Source of the DNA: a phage
Strand: one strand, 5' to 3'
DNA length: 64,000 bases
Sequence record: PZ452579.1
A program made the position numbers and the translations under genes. Positions 36,802-47,156 of this stretch are shown piece by piece (position 1 is the stretch's first letter; each line of letters starts with the position of its first letter). Below the pieces are notes generated by a model. The model worked only from the letters and a program-made list of their open reading frames with translations. It had not been told where the DNA came from and did not search any database.

Positions 36802-38615
36802 TGATGCTTAACCCTATGCATGATTTCTTTATTTTTACCGAGATTAAATCCGCGTTCGTTCGGATTTCCCAAATAACCGCATGTTCTTCTTATGGTGTTC
36901 ATCTTTTTAGGATCAGTTTCTCCGCAAACTGAACAAACAAATCCGTTTTCAGTAGGAGTCATTTCATGGGTACTTCCACATGTAAAACATTTATCTACCG
37001 GCATGTTAACACCAAAATAATCTAAATGTTGTGCAGCATAATCCCATACGGCCTCAAGACCTTTTAAGTTATTTTTCATATCGGGAAGTTCAACATAAGA
37101 AATGTGACCGCCGGTCGCAATGAAATGATATGGTGCTTCACGAGAAATCTTTTCAAACGGAGTAATATTTTCTTCTACTGAAACATGGAAACTGTTAGTG
37201 TACCAGCCTTTATCGGTAACATCCTTTACACTTCCATATTTTTCTGTATCGAGTTTACAGAAGCGATAACAAAGGTTTTCAGCAGGAGTCGAATATAAAC
37301 TAAAAGCAAATCCAGTTCTTTCAGTCCACTGTTTAAGATGAGCATTCATTTTAGTTAAAATTTCTCGTCCAATATCACGTCCGACAAGAATATTCAATTC
37401 GTGAATACCAATGTATCCCAAAGACACTGAACTTCTACCGTTTTTAAATAACTCAATTATGTCGTCATCAGGTTTAAGACGGACCCCGAATGCACCTTCT
37501 TGGTAAAGAATAGGAGCAACAGTAGCTTTAACTCCTTTTAGGGAACTAATTCTACACATCAAAGCTTCAAAACACAAATCCATTCGTTCATTGAATAATT
37601 CAACAAATTTCTGTTCATTGAACTGTGTTCCAATATAAGAATCTAACGCGATGCGAGGAAGATTCAGTGTTACAACACCAAGATTATTACGTCCATCAAG
37701 AATTTCATTACCAGTCGAATCTTTCCATACGCTCAAGAAACTACGGCAACCCATTGGAGAAACAGGAACAGATGAACCAGTGATAGCTTTATTGTTCTTA
37801 GCTGAAATAATATCAGGATACATTCTTTTGCTTGCGCACTCTAGAGCAAGCTGTTTAATATCATAGTTCGGATCATCTTTATAAAGATTAACACCTTCTT
37901 CAACAAACATAACAAGTTTAGGAAAAATAGGAGTTATTCCATCACGACCAAGACCTTTAACACGATTTTTCAGAATTGCTTTCTGAATCATTCGTTCAGT
38001 CCAGTCAGTTCCCGTACCAAATGTAATTGTTACAAAAGGAGTCTGTCCGTTTGAACTAAAGAGAGTATTTACTTCATATTCATAAGCTTGGAATGCATCG
38101 TATACGTCTTTTTCTGTTTTAGATTGAGCATAATTCAACGTATCAGCGATTTGCCATTTTTCTGCATCCTCAATATGTTTTGCATAGGTGCGTTTAACAT
38201 AAGGAGAAAGTACTTTATCTACATTAGCAAAAGTCGTTCCGCCGTATTGGTGAGAAGCAACCTGTGCAGTAATTTGTGCCATAATTGCAGTAGCAACACC
38301 AATCGATTTAGGCGTTTCAATCTGCGCATTACCTAGCTTAAATCCGTTTTCAAGCATTCCTTTTAAATCTACTAAACAGCAATTAGTAAATGGAAGAGCA
38401 GGGGAATAATCAATATCATGGAAATGGATAATTCCGCTTTCATGCGCTTTCATAATAAAAGACGGGACCATATTTTTGGCAATGTGTTTAGACACAATAC
38501 CAGCCATAAGGTCCCGTTGAGTTGGAAAAACACGAGAATCTTTATTAGCATTCTCGTTTAAAAGGTCTTTATTAGTTTTATGAATCAATCCTTCAATTTC
38601 TTTTTCAATTGTCAT
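36798..38615 (-). CDS. nrdD: Anaerobic ribonucleoside-triphosphate reductase NrdD (glycyl radical)
   Basis: 605 aa, continuous ORF; C-terminal zinc ribbon CFTCGSTHE...CSVCGETD and glycyl-radical motif RTCGYLG. Confidence 0.95.
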   Translation of the reverse strand: MTIEKEIEGLIHKTNKDLLNENANKDSRVFPTQRDLMAGIVSKHIAKNMVPSFIMKAHESGIIHFHDIDYSPALPFTNCCLVDLKGMLENGFKLGNAQIETPKSIGVATAIMAQITAQVASHQYGGTTFANVDKVLSPYVKRTYAKHIEDAEKWQIADTLNYAQSKTEKDVYDAFQAYEYEVNTLFSSNGQTPFVTITFGTGTDWTERMIQKAILKNRVKGLGRDGITPIFPKLVMFVEEGVNLYKDDPNYDIKQLALECASKRMYPDIISAKNNKAITGSSVPVSPMGCRSFLSVWKDSTGNEILDGRNNLGVVTLNLPRIALDSYIGTQFNEQKFVELFNERMDLCFEALMCRISSLKGVKATVAPILYQEGAFGVRLKPDDDIIELFKNGRSSVSLGYIGIHELNILVGRDIGREILTKMNAHLKQWTERTGFAFSLYSTPAENLCYRFCKLDTEKYGSVKDVTDKGWYTNSFHVSVEENITPFEKISREAPYHFIATGGHISYVELPDMKNNLKGLEAVWDYAAQHLDYFGVNMPVDKCFTCGSTHEMTPTENGFVCSVCGETDPKKMNTIRRTCGYLGNPNERGFNLGKNKEIMHRVKHQ

Positions 38616-39085
38616 TTTAAACTCTTTCTAAGCTGCTTCTTAAATGAAGCTATTAACTGTGTTTTTGTGTCAGATTCATTATATTCAAATCCTCTTTGAA
38701 GCATCTCAGCCATCATTTCCTCTTTACCTAGTCTTGAGAACTCTTTAGTTTTGTCTGGAACAAAATTAGGATGGATATTATTATCAGAATAATCTTGTTT
38801 CAAATAAGCAAGAAGAGCTTCAAGCCATTCTAGGTAGTCGACATCACGTCCTTTAAGACCGGAACGATTGAACTTATGCTTCATTTGGCCTTCTGCTGCG
38901 TTGCACAGATTACAGAGTAATCCACGAACTCTACCGGCTTTTAGCCCGTTTAATTCATGGTCGTGGTCAAGATGGTTACCTTGAACGTCAGGGTCTAATT
39001 CACGGTGGCAAATAGGACACTTACCATTCTGTGCATCATAAAATTTTTGTTTTTCTTCTTTATATTTTGCGCCTGATAATAACAT
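38612..39085 (-). CDS. 49: Endonuclease VII gp49 (Holliday junction resolvase)
   Basis: 157 aa; zinc motif CPICHRELD...HLDHDHE...CNLCN; T4 gp49 is 157 aa. Confidence 0.9.
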   Translation of the reverse strand: MLLSGAKYKEEKQKFYDAQNGKCPICHRELDPDVQGNHLDHDHELNGLKAGRVRGLLCNLCNAAEGQMKHKFNRSGLKGRDVDYLEWLEALLAYLKQDYSDNNIHPNFVPDKTKEFSRLGKEEMMAEMLQRGFEYNESDTKTQLIASFKKQLRKSLK

Positions 39086-39114
39086 GATAAACCCTTACCT
39101 TAAATAGATAAGGG

Positions 39115-39122
39115 TATTTATA
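39115..39122 (-). promoter_or_regulatory. Late promoter TATAAATA upstream of gene 49, followed by a 5' UTR hairpin
   Basis: Plus tatttata; hairpin CCCTTA...TAAGGG at 39092..39116 lies between promoter and the gene 49 start. Confidence 0.55.
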
Positions 39123-39755
39123 ATTTAGTAAACGTTATAAAAGTTACGATGAGAACGTTTAGCTTTGCGAAGCTGACGTTTAGTAGGACGAACTGTAAAT
39201 GGTTGTCCAGAGAAAAAATTCGGATCGGTTTTAATAAGCAAATACCAATCATGTTTGCCATTTTTTAATAAACGGTACAATAATTTAACTTGCATAATAA
39301 TCTCTTCCCATTTCCATATCAATTAATTCATTTATTGAAGGTTCATCATAACACGTTTCTTCGTCGTTGTAAACTGTTTCGACGTCTGGCTCGACTGTCT
39401 CCCATCGAGCCGAATACCATGGTTTAACCGCGGAGCTTATTGAGCTCTTCATAATCAACCCAGGATTCTAGCCCAGATGGCAAATCAGATTCAACATTCC
39501 ACAGAAGCTCTTCGATGGCTTGTAGGCGATTATATTCTTCAACAGTAATAGTAACCATTGTTTCAGGCTTTTTAACCATCATGTCATTCATCAGAATGTA
39601 CAGGTCTTCACAAACAGCTGGGTCGTCCCATGTCCATATTTCAGCATCTCTAACCAATGAAGTCGGAATCGAATTTAAAACTTCAAGCTTAGTAGGAGCG
39701 TCAGGGCCGAGAAGAGTTGCTACAAATTTATATGCTTTGGCGAAATCAATATTGT

Positions 39756-40019
39756 TCATTTAAAATATTCTCGCAGTTGGTCAAATCCACCAATGTGACT
39801 TCCGTCAGGAGCAAACACTTGAGGCATAGTCAATCCGACTTGTGATTCACGTCCAAGCTTAACCAGAAGCTCAGCAATTTTCTCATCATCAAAAACACCT
39901 TTTTCTGGCATAACATTAATGAATTCGAATGGCTGTTTCTTAACAGTCAGCAATCGTTTCGCATTATCACAGAAAACGCAACGGTGAATAGTAGAGTCAT
40001 ACCCGTACACTTTAAACAT
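39756..40019 (-). CDS. nrdC: Thioredoxin/glutaredoxin NrdC
   Basis: MFKVYGYDSTIHRCVFCDNAKRLLTVKKQPFEFINVMPEKG... near-identical to remembered T4 NrdC; start at homologous Met. Confidence 0.88.
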   Translation of the reverse strand: MFKVYGYDSTIHRCVFCDNAKRLLTVKKQPFEFINVMPEKGVFDDEKIAELLVKLGRESQVGLTMPQVFAPDGSHIGGFDQLREYFK

Positions 40020-40425
40020 TATTTTTCCTTTCATCGATTAAATATGCAACACCAAATACAATACATGTAATAAAACCTGTTATACAGATAGAAACCAACA
40101 ACACTGTACCAAAGAACCAAATCAGGTTATCTTTAGTAGTTTGTTTGATATCCATCTCACGAATTTCTATAGCTATCGTATCACCTTTATTCAGAAGCGT
40201 ATAAAACGACGGTGATACATGCCTGTCAAAAACACGACCTTGTTCATCTTTATAAACTGCAATAAATTCTAATTTAGAATATTTTCCTGTAGATTGACCT
40301 GAAATTAATTCCACCACCTCCACAGGAATTACTTTAGTTTCCATGTAAGTATTCTGGCTGTTCCAAATGAATGGAATGATGGCAAAAACTAAAGCTGCAA
40401 TAAAACAACGAAGGCTATATCTCAT
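40012..40425 (-). CDS. Membrane protein (two TM)
   Basis: 137-aa ORF with N- and C-terminal hydrophobic segments. Confidence 0.5.
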   Translation of the reverse strand: MRYSLRCFIAALVFAIIPFIWNSQNTYMETKVIPVEVVELISGQSTGKYSKLEFIAVYKDEQGRVFDRHVSPSFYTLLNKGDTIAIEIREMDIKQTTKDNLIWFFGTVLLVSICITGFITCIVFGVAYLIDERKNNV

Positions 40426-40730
40426 TATAATGTTCTCTCAAATTTGTGGAAGCATTTACGGCATTTCAATTTCAAGTTATCAGTGGTCCAGTTAACCAGT
40501 TGGACTTGGATAGTTCCACATTCCGGGCATGGATGTTTTGCTGCCGATTTGGCAGCATTTTCACGTCGTTCAACCATTTTCATGATTTCGTTCCATGCCG
40601 GAGGAACGAACTCTTCTTCACCGTGGATTTTATCTCGCTGAACAAATTCAATCTTTGAACTATCGTCAATAAACTTAACCAAGCGGTGATTAGTGCTCAT
40701 ATCAATATCCTCTAAAAGACGTAGTTTCAT
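40425..40730 (-). CDS. Zinc-ribbon protein
   Basis: 101 aa; CPECG...CRKC. Confidence 0.5.
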   Translation of the reverse strand: MKLRLLEDIDMSTNHRLVKFIDDSSKIEFVQRDKIHGEEEFVPPAWNEIMKMVERRENAAKSAAKHPCPECGTIQVQLVNWTTDNLKLKCRKCFHKFERTL

Positions 40731-41680
40731 TATAACACCTCAATGGCATTTCGTAAACCATCCGCTTTCGCATTCAGAGCTTTTAACGATTTAGTCTGTT
40801 CTGCAATCTGGGCTTCGACTTCTTTCAGACGAGATTTGAGATATTCGCGTTCTTCTCTTAAGTTATCAACTTTTTCTACTTTAGGTTCTTTAATAGGCTT
40901 AGGCTTAAACACATTAGGGTTCTTCAGTTTAATTTGAATTCGAGAACTGAATAACATTGAACCGTTATCTTCGATTTCGTCAAACATTTCAACAACATCC
41001 ATAGTCTGTAACATCATGCGAAGTTTATAAGACAACGAACGAACGGTTTTGTTGCGCTTATTAATTTCTTCGGCTTTCATGGTACCGAGATTACGTGAGT
41101 AGTAATAAGGAACCTGGATATCAATTGATAATGATGCGTTACCATTACCGGTTGGTTTGAATACTGCAGTAACCCAATCTTTAACATGAACTTTATTTGT
41201 ACGACCATCACCGCCTGTGAATAATTTACGAGAATGTTTAAAAAGCATATTCACTTGGTTATTGAATTCACAAGCAAATTTATCAGCAAATTTAGTTTCA
41301 GGAATGGTAGAGAACCAATCAGCCAAATGAGTCTTTTTAACATCATTAACAATAGTGAATTCAACCAAATCGGTTTTAGATGTCACAGATTTAATAAAGT
41401 TCGGCTTCATAAAGTTTTTGATGTTATCACGAGCCACAGTAGAAGATAATAAACGAGAACGTTTGAACCATTGAAGCAGTGTCCCTAATGAATGAGAATA
41501 CGCATTTTGAGTATCTTTACAGATATGATTTTCTTGACCTGTGTATGTACCAAAATCACGAAGAATACCACTTACTACATCTCGGTGTTGAACATCAAAT
41601 CCTAGTGCACCAGCAGCGCGCTGAGCATGAACGTTAGCGATAAGACCGGCAAAGTATTCAATGTAATGTGAACGTGTCAT
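40730..41680 (-). CDS. Hypothetical protein with C-terminal coiled coil
   Basis: 316-aa ORF, own promoter cassette upstream. Confidence 0.55.
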   Translation of the reverse strand: MTRSHYIEYFAGLIANVHAQRAAGALGFDVQHRDVVSGILRDFGTYTGQENHICKDTQNAYSHSLGTLLQWFKRSRLLSSTVARDNIKNFMKPNFIKSVTSKTDLVEFTIVNDVKKTHLADWFSTIPETKFADKFACEFNNQVNMLFKHSRKLFTGGDGRTNKVHVKDWVTAVFKPTGNGNASLSIDIQVPYYYSRNLGTMKAEEINKRNKTVRSLSYKLRMMLQTMDVVEMFDEIEDNGSMLFSSRIQIKLKNPNVFKPKPIKEPKVEKVDNLREEREYLKSRLKEVEAQIAEQTKSLKALNAKADGLRNAIEVL

Positions 41681-41708
41681 AATATTTTCCTCTCGTTAAG
41701 ATAGAAAG

Positions 41709-41738
41709 ATTATACTCCAACCATCCTTGGTTGTAAAC
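41709..41738 (-). promoter_or_regulatory. Early promoter with spacer hairpin (CCATCCTTGG family)
   Basis: Minus strand GTTTAC-AACCAAGGATGGTTGGAG-TATAAT; same palindrome at 42713..42730 and 63875..63890. Confidence 0.6.
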
Positions 41739-41742
41739 TGAT

Positions 41743-42678
41743 TTATGATTTTAATGCATTCATTGCGTTAAAAAGTTTAGAGTACTGCAACTGGAGCTTG
41801 GTAACTACTTGTTGAGCATCACGAAGCTTAGCTTGTGCTTTGTCAAGTTCAACAGACAGTTGGTCCATAGTGGCCTTGATTTGATTATAATAGTAATCTT
41901 CAGCAGGAAGAAGACCGTTAGAGATTTCCAATTTAGTCGACGGTGAAGTGTATATAGATGGAGCAGTAGAATATGCACCTAGAACTTCAGCATTGCCAAT
42001 TGGGGTTGCAGTAATTGATGCTTCGAACGTTGCATTTTCCTTTTTAAGATTTTGATAGTATTCAGAGTCTTTGTGCCACCATGGCGCAGGAACCTTTTTA
42101 CCAATAGATACACGAGCCTGGATAGCGATATGGCCCTTATTCTTGATAGGGTCGATAATATTAAGCTCACGAGAATAAATTGCTTTAATCTGGTGGATAT
42201 TATCACCTAAAACTTCCAACGCTTGGTGGAATACACGAGCAACGTTATCATTCTTAGGTTTATACGTAAGAGTGAACTCGTTCTCACTGATAACCATGAT
42301 TTCTAACTTATCGTAAGTATATTTCAAATGTTTCATGTTAATTGCTTGAGGACGAATACGAGAAGCAATGGCCATCAGATTGTTAAGGTTATTTCTGAAC
42401 TGTTTAGCAAAATATTGTCCGTAACCGCCAATACAAAAATTACGAAGTTTCTGCTTGGCTAATAAACGGCTGAACTCACCATTTTTAATGAACTCTTTAA
42501 CGGGTGTGTTAGTAACGCATTCAAATTGAGTAAACTTACGAGAAGTAATCCCATAATATGAACAGATTTCCTCAATCTCTTCAGGAGTCTTTACAGGCAT
42601 ACGGATGGGATTAGGTCCTGGGGTATATGCATTCGAGGTAAATTCTTTGATAAGTTCTCTACGTGTAATAGAAGCCAT
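41743..42678 (-). CDS. Hypothetical protein with C-terminal coiled coil
   Basis: 311-aa ORF. Confidence 0.55.
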   Translation of the reverse strand: MASITRRELIKEFTSNAYTPGPNPIRMPVKTPEEIEEICSYYGITSRKFTQFECVTNTPVKEFIKNGEFSRLLAKQKLRNFCIGGYGQYFAKQFRNNLNNLMAIASRIRPQAINMKHLKYTYDKLEIMVISENEFTLTYKPKNDNVARVFHQALEVLGDNIHQIKAIYSRELNIIDPIKNKGHIAIQARVSIGKKVPAPWWHKDSEYYQNLKKENATFEASITATPIGNAEVLGAYSTAPSIYTSPSTKLEISNGLLPAEDYYYNQIKATMDQLSVELDKAQAKLRDAQQVVTKLQLQYSKLFNAMNALKS

Positions 42679-42704
42679 TTTATATTCCTCATGTTGAAAA
42701 ATTT

Positions 42705-42733
42705 ATTATACTACAACCATCCTTGGTTGTACA
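42705..42733 (-). promoter_or_regulatory. Early promoter with spacer hairpin (CCATCCTTGG family)
   Basis: Minus strand TGTACA-ACCAAGGATGGTTG-TAGTATAAT. Confidence 0.55.
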
Positions 42734-43729
42734 TCATTCCTTAAGAAGTTTTACTACTTGAATAAGATTAGCTCGTTCTGTTTTATTTTTACCGTTTAAG
42801 CCTGCTAATCGTGAGATTTCATCGTCAGTCTGTTGAATAGTTACATTAAGTTCGTTAATCAAAGCTTCAAAGTATTTGATTTGCTCAGCATGTTTTGATT
42901 CAAATTTCTGAACCGGAATAACGTCTTGGTTCAGTTCATCAATAAGGTCTTTAAGAGCATCTTCTTGGTTGATATCATATTCAACTTCTTTTATTTCTTC
43001 AGCGAGCTCGTCTTTATATCTAACATCTTTTAGTCCTGGAGCTGGACCTAAAATCTCTTCTTTAAGAGTACAAACATATCCAATACGATATCCAATGCCG
43101 TCTCGCTTGATATCAACTTCGTCGATAAATCCACAATGTTTAAGCCCGGAGCCAATTAGGTCAAAATATCCTTGACGACGTCCTTCAAACGTTACACGAA
43201 CTACTAAGACGGTTTTGCCACCGACCTTTTGAAGCTCACATTTATAAAAGTCTGTTGAACCTGAATAACGTGGATGAGTTTTAAAGTTCATCTGACGATC
43301 TAGGCCCATTTGTAAGCGTGCTGATACGGCCAGAAAACGTGTTTGGTTCTCGTTAAGATGAGCAACAATCCATTTCAAAGGCATTTTACCATGTTCACGA
43401 CCGAACAAATCAGTACGTCCTAAATTACGCAGGATATTGTTAGAGTTAATCATCGACAGAACGTTAAGTTTATTCAGCGCGCTGAAGATTCCATCGGCCA
43501 TTGATTTTCCGTAACCTTTACATGCTTTAATAAGCGCTCGCGGTAGATTAGTATAGATTTCAGACGGCATATGAAAATCAAATTTACTAACCAGTAATTG
43601 ATGAACTTGGATAGCAATTTGTTCATAATTAAGTGCTCTGCGATCATTATGGTCTTTAAACCACACTTTAATCTGTGAAGCACATAAACCGTTAATTTCA
43701 TGTTTTACCGCATCAGATGTAATGCTCAT
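42734..43729 (-). CDS. Hypothetical protein with C-terminal coiled coil
   Basis: 331-aa ORF. Confidence 0.55.
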   Translation of the reverse strand: MSITSDAVKHEINGLCASQIKVWFKDHNDRRALNYEQIAIQVHQLLVSKFDFHMPSEIYTNLPRALIKACKGYGKSMADGIFSALNKLNVLSMINSNNILRNLGRTDLFGREHGKMPLKWIVAHLNENQTRFLAVSARLQMGLDRQMNFKTHPRYSGSTDFYKCELQKVGGKTVLVVRVTFEGRRQGYFDLIGSGLKHCGFIDEVDIKRDGIGYRIGYVCTLKEEILGPAPGLKDVRYKDELAEEIKEVEYDINQEDALKDLIDELNQDVIPVQKFESKHAEQIKYFEALINELNVTIQQTDDEISRLAGLNGKNKTERANLIQVVKLLKE

Positions 43730-43791
43730 AACTATTTCCTCAGATTGAATTGGAACTCAAAACCATTATAACCCGTCCTTGGGTAAAGCGT

Positions 43792-44319
43792 TTATGCGTG
43801 AACCGTCTTTAAACGTTCTTCAAATTTCCGAAGAGTACTAATACGTTCTGCTTTCTGTTTTGTATAGTTTGCAATACGTTCTGAAGTGAGAGCGTATCGT
43901 TCGTTTACTGTTTCTTTCATGAAGTCAGGGATTTCACGAGAAGCTTTAATTTCATCAAACTTATCGAGTACTGCCTGGTCTTCAGCGATTAAATTTTCGT
44001 ACATCTCGATATCTTTCTTAATGAAGTCGATATCTTCCTGGGTTACTTTGGATAAACGAGATGCTTTATCCTTTTTGTACTGCTCGTTAGTTTCGCGAGA
44101 CCAGAATAACGTACGTTTTTTGTTAGTGTTTTTGTAGACTTCCACAATTCCAACTGAATCGATGATAACAATCCAATTCCAGCGAGATTTGAAAATCTGA
44201 CCTCCGTCCACGGTAATCTCGTTACCATAAGCAACGTCGTTAAAGAACTTGCTTTGTGCTTCAGATTTAAATTTACCGTCGTTATAATTTACCAGGTTGA
44301 AAATATCTTTAGCGTTCAT
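43792..44319 (-). CDS. Hypothetical protein
   Basis: 175-aa ORF. Confidence 0.5.
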   Translation of the reverse strand: MNAKDIFNLVNYNDGKFKSEAQSKFFNDVAYGNEITVDGGQIFKSRWNWIVIIDSVGIVEVYKNTNKKRTLFWSRETNEQYKKDKASRLSKVTQEDIDFIKKDIEMYENLIAEDQAVLDKFDEIKASREIPDFMKETVNERYALTSERIANYTKQKAERISTLRKFEERLKTVHA

Positions 44320-44922
44320 GTTTTACCTCCAGTAGTTGATAGGTCTATAATAACATAACCATAGACCTTGTAAACAACTAAAAGAAACTTTTTTCGGTAT
44401 TTTTTCCACTGAACCAAACCGACTTCGGTATTTTCTGTAATTTTTCAGATTTAAGTTTCTCTTCCTGTTCTTTCTTATATACACCCTTGTCGTACTGGAG
44501 CATCTCTATGGCATTCTTTTGCAAACGATCTAAGGTAATTAAGGCTTTAGTTTTTCCTTTCAAGGAAGAGTCCTGGCGAACCTCCTCGCTATATTGCATC
44601 GTAGAACTAACCATACGATGAGCATAGAGTTCGACTGCGGCTTTAATTTTTTGCATAAAATCCATAACATATCCTCTTTGATTTGTACATCATTATTTTT
44701 AAATATTTCTATGCCCTCAGTAGGTTCCTGGTGTCCTTCTTTGAGGTAAGCCATATGATTATTCATCTTTATGGCTTTTGTTACCTCAGAACTTCCTATA
44801 AGCTTATTTCAGTAAAGTAACTTCCGAGATTTCTTCCCAACCATCTTTATCAGTTGAAATAAAATCTGCTACATAAAGAGCCGTACGTAATGATACATTG
44901 CGAAGACGAGATACGTTAGCCT

Positions 44923-45774
44923 TCATCCAGGACAATGCTTTATACGTTTCTGCATCATGTCAGTAGATAATATTACATCTTCAACTCGAACCATAATCTC
45001 TTCATTAGAGTGTACTCCAAGGTCCAAATACACTGAACGAGATACTAAAGCTTGAAGGTGGGGAGCAAGTTTCGAACCGCGTTCTAACTCTTTATCGATA
45101 TCAACGTTTGTAATGAAAACAATAGTACCTTCAAACTCAAATTCTTTATCAATACCCTTATCATCGAGATAAGATGACGCAGTGCTCCAACAAACTTTGC
45201 GTTTATCTCCGGTATCTAATGCTGCTTTAAGAAGGTTCAAGATGTCCATATCTGAGAATACGTCAACGTCGTCGATTAAGAGAACGCTGTCTGCATCACG
45301 GTTGAGCCAAAGTTGTTCGTAAAGGCCAATACCAGAGATTTTACCATTAATACTTTTGTATTTGATGAAACCATTATCATTAGCATTATTAAGTGCTTTA
45401 TCCAGAGAATACGTCTTACCAATACCGGCTGCACCTGAAATAATGAGTGAACGAATTTTGCCATCGATAATACCATTCGTCATCATGTTCATTACTTTAA
45501 AGCGTTTGTTGATACGAGTTTTCATATCTTCAGTGCTTTCAACAACTGCAACTGGTGATGTCTCAACTCCTTCCATTACGATGTCTGATTTGAAGACCCA
45601 TACTCCACGTTCAGAACCATCAATCATAACGAAAATTTTACCGTCACCTAAGTGGGAACATTCAGGATTAAGCTTTGCCGGGAACCATGTCTTTGTGGCA
45701 ACATAAGAACCAGAGATTTCGTTATTACGATAGATACCTTTTTTGATTTGAACGTTGAACATTTTATTCTCCAA
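44923..45774 (-). CDS. P-loop ATPase
   Basis: 283 aa; Walker A SGAAGIGKTYS and Walker B-like LLIDDVD. Confidence 0.6.
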   Translation of the reverse strand: MENKMFNVQIKKGIYRNNEISGSYVATKTWFPAKLNPECSHLGDGKIFVMIDGSERGVWVFKSDIVMEGVETSPVAVVESTEDMKTRINKRFKVMNMMTNGIIDGKIRSLIISGAAGIGKTYSLDKALNNANDNGFIKYKSINGKISGIGLYEQLWLNRDADSVLLIDDVDVFSDMDILNLLKAALDTGDKRKVCWSTASSYLDDKGIDKEFEFEGTIVFITNVDIDKELERGSKLAPHLQALVSRSVYLDLGVHSNEEIMVRVEDVILSTDMMQKRIKHCPG

Positions 45775-45832
45775 ATTTACTCATTTCGTTTCGATAGGTC
45801 TATAATAACATGTTTAAAGCAAAAGTAAACAA

Positions 45833-46051
45833 TTATTTGCGACGAGATTTTTTGGTAAGAGGTTGAAAGAACACTGCTTTACCAGCAGGAGTCAAAGTGA
45901 CTCGTAATGCATTACCGATTCCCAAGGATGCTTTAACAAGACCTTTAGATTTCAGTTCACCGAATGCTTGACGTTGGTCTGCATCACGAGTGTTAACCAT
46001 AAGACCTTTATCACCAGCTTCACGAATCATTTCTAACATTTTGGTTTTCAT
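45833..46051 (-). CDS. Small basic protein
   Basis: 72-aa ORF. Confidence 0.45.
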   Translation of the reverse strand: MKTKMLEMIREAGDKGLMVNTRDADQRQAFGELKSKGLVKASLGIGNALRVTLTPAGKAVFFQPLTKKSRRK

Positions 46052-46138
46052 TTTGTTTTCTCCTCTTGTTTTGATAGGTCTATAATAACATATCCTAAAA
46101 GCATGTACACTACTTTTTAAAAATATTTTGACCCCCTA

Positions 46139-46156
46139 AAGGGCCCGAAGGCCCTT
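46139..46156 (-). terminator. C(UUCG)G hairpin 3' of the nucleotidyltransferase gene
   Basis: AAGGGCC-CGAA-GGCCCTT; directly after stop at 46158. Confidence 0.5.
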
Positions 46157-46157
46157 A

Positions 46158-47156
46158 TCATTTATAATACGAATTGTGGTTTTCTAAGTAGACTTGCTCA
46201 AGGAAATCATCCCAGAAACTCATATCTACTTTTTGTTGCATACCGTTCTTAGCGGCTTGTTCTGATGCTTGTTCAACTTGTTCAACTTGTTCAACGATAT
46301 CTTCTAGGAATTCTTGCACAGTTTTAAACGTATGTTTACCAAGCTTAACATCGAGAATAAATGGAGCATCCTGAAGTGGGTAAACCAGGTCGCCGGTTTT
46401 GTAAATTTCCAATAGTTGAAGTCCACCACGGCATGCATGACTCAATGCTTTCCAATCAATACCTTCATTGGCTTCTGCCTTACGAGCACGTTCACCGTAG
46501 TTCTCTTCAAGTTTAACCAGGATGGCATTGAACTCTTTGTTAGTTAACGTATCTTGGAATTTACGGTCCAACAGACTATAGAATGTTTGCTTACCTGTTT
46601 TCTCGTTTTCAGTTTCAACCCATGAAGCAAATTCACCTATAGGCAGAACATTCTTCATATGTGATAAACGAATTACTGCACCGTTATCAAAGTATTGTCC
46701 CCATTCATTAGAACGTTTAAGGGCTTGACGAAGAACAGCCAGTCGAGAACCCTTGACACCGTATTTAGAAGCTTGCTTACGGACATACCCTAAATAAGAT
46801 TTCATGTTAGTGGTATAGAAACGAGACCTGTTATCTTGAATATACTTCCATACATCAGGCAAATCAGATTTAACTACTAGACTTTGTGGAGTGTGAAGCA
46901 TATCTAATGCGACGGTTTCACCATCCGCAGCTAGTTTAAAGAAATATTTGAGACTATACAACTCATGGTCTACGTCGTCTTTTGTGTTCTTAGAAGATGT
47001 GTTATTCGTGTTCTTGCTCATGTGTTCTTTAACGTTACCGGTCAAGATATCACGAGCATGAGGGACATAAATTTCTTTAAAATCGACGTCAGATTCAGGA
47101 GTAGACGTTCCATAAAGGTGGCTACCAAAGTAGCCTTTCATAATTGTTTTCATCAT
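46158..47156 (-). CDS. Pol-beta-superfamily nucleotidyltransferase-like protein
   Basis: 332 aa; N-terminal GSHLYGTSTPESDVDF (GS-x10-DxD) minimal NTase motif. Confidence 0.55.
   Translation of the reverse strand: MMKTIMKGYFGSHLYGTSTPESDVDFKEIYVPHARDILTGNVKEHMSKNTNNTSSKNTKDDVDHELYSLKYFFKLAADGETVALDMLHTPQSLVVKSDLPDVWKYIQDNRSRFYTTNMKSYLGYVRKQASKYGVKGSRLAVLRQALKRSNEWGQYFDNGAVIRLSHMKNVLPIGEFASWVETENEKTGKQTFYSLLDRKFQDTLTNKEFNAILVKLEENYGERARKAEANEGIDWKALSHACRGGLQLLEIYKTGDLVYPLQDAPFILDVKLGKHTFKTVQEFLEDIVEQVEQVEQASEQAAKNGMQQKVDMSFWDDFLEQVYLENHNSYYK

Noticed and set aside
36798-38615. Group I intron in nrdD (present in T4 nrdD)
   Set aside because: The nrdD reading frame is continuous over 605 codons with no interruption, so no intron is present here
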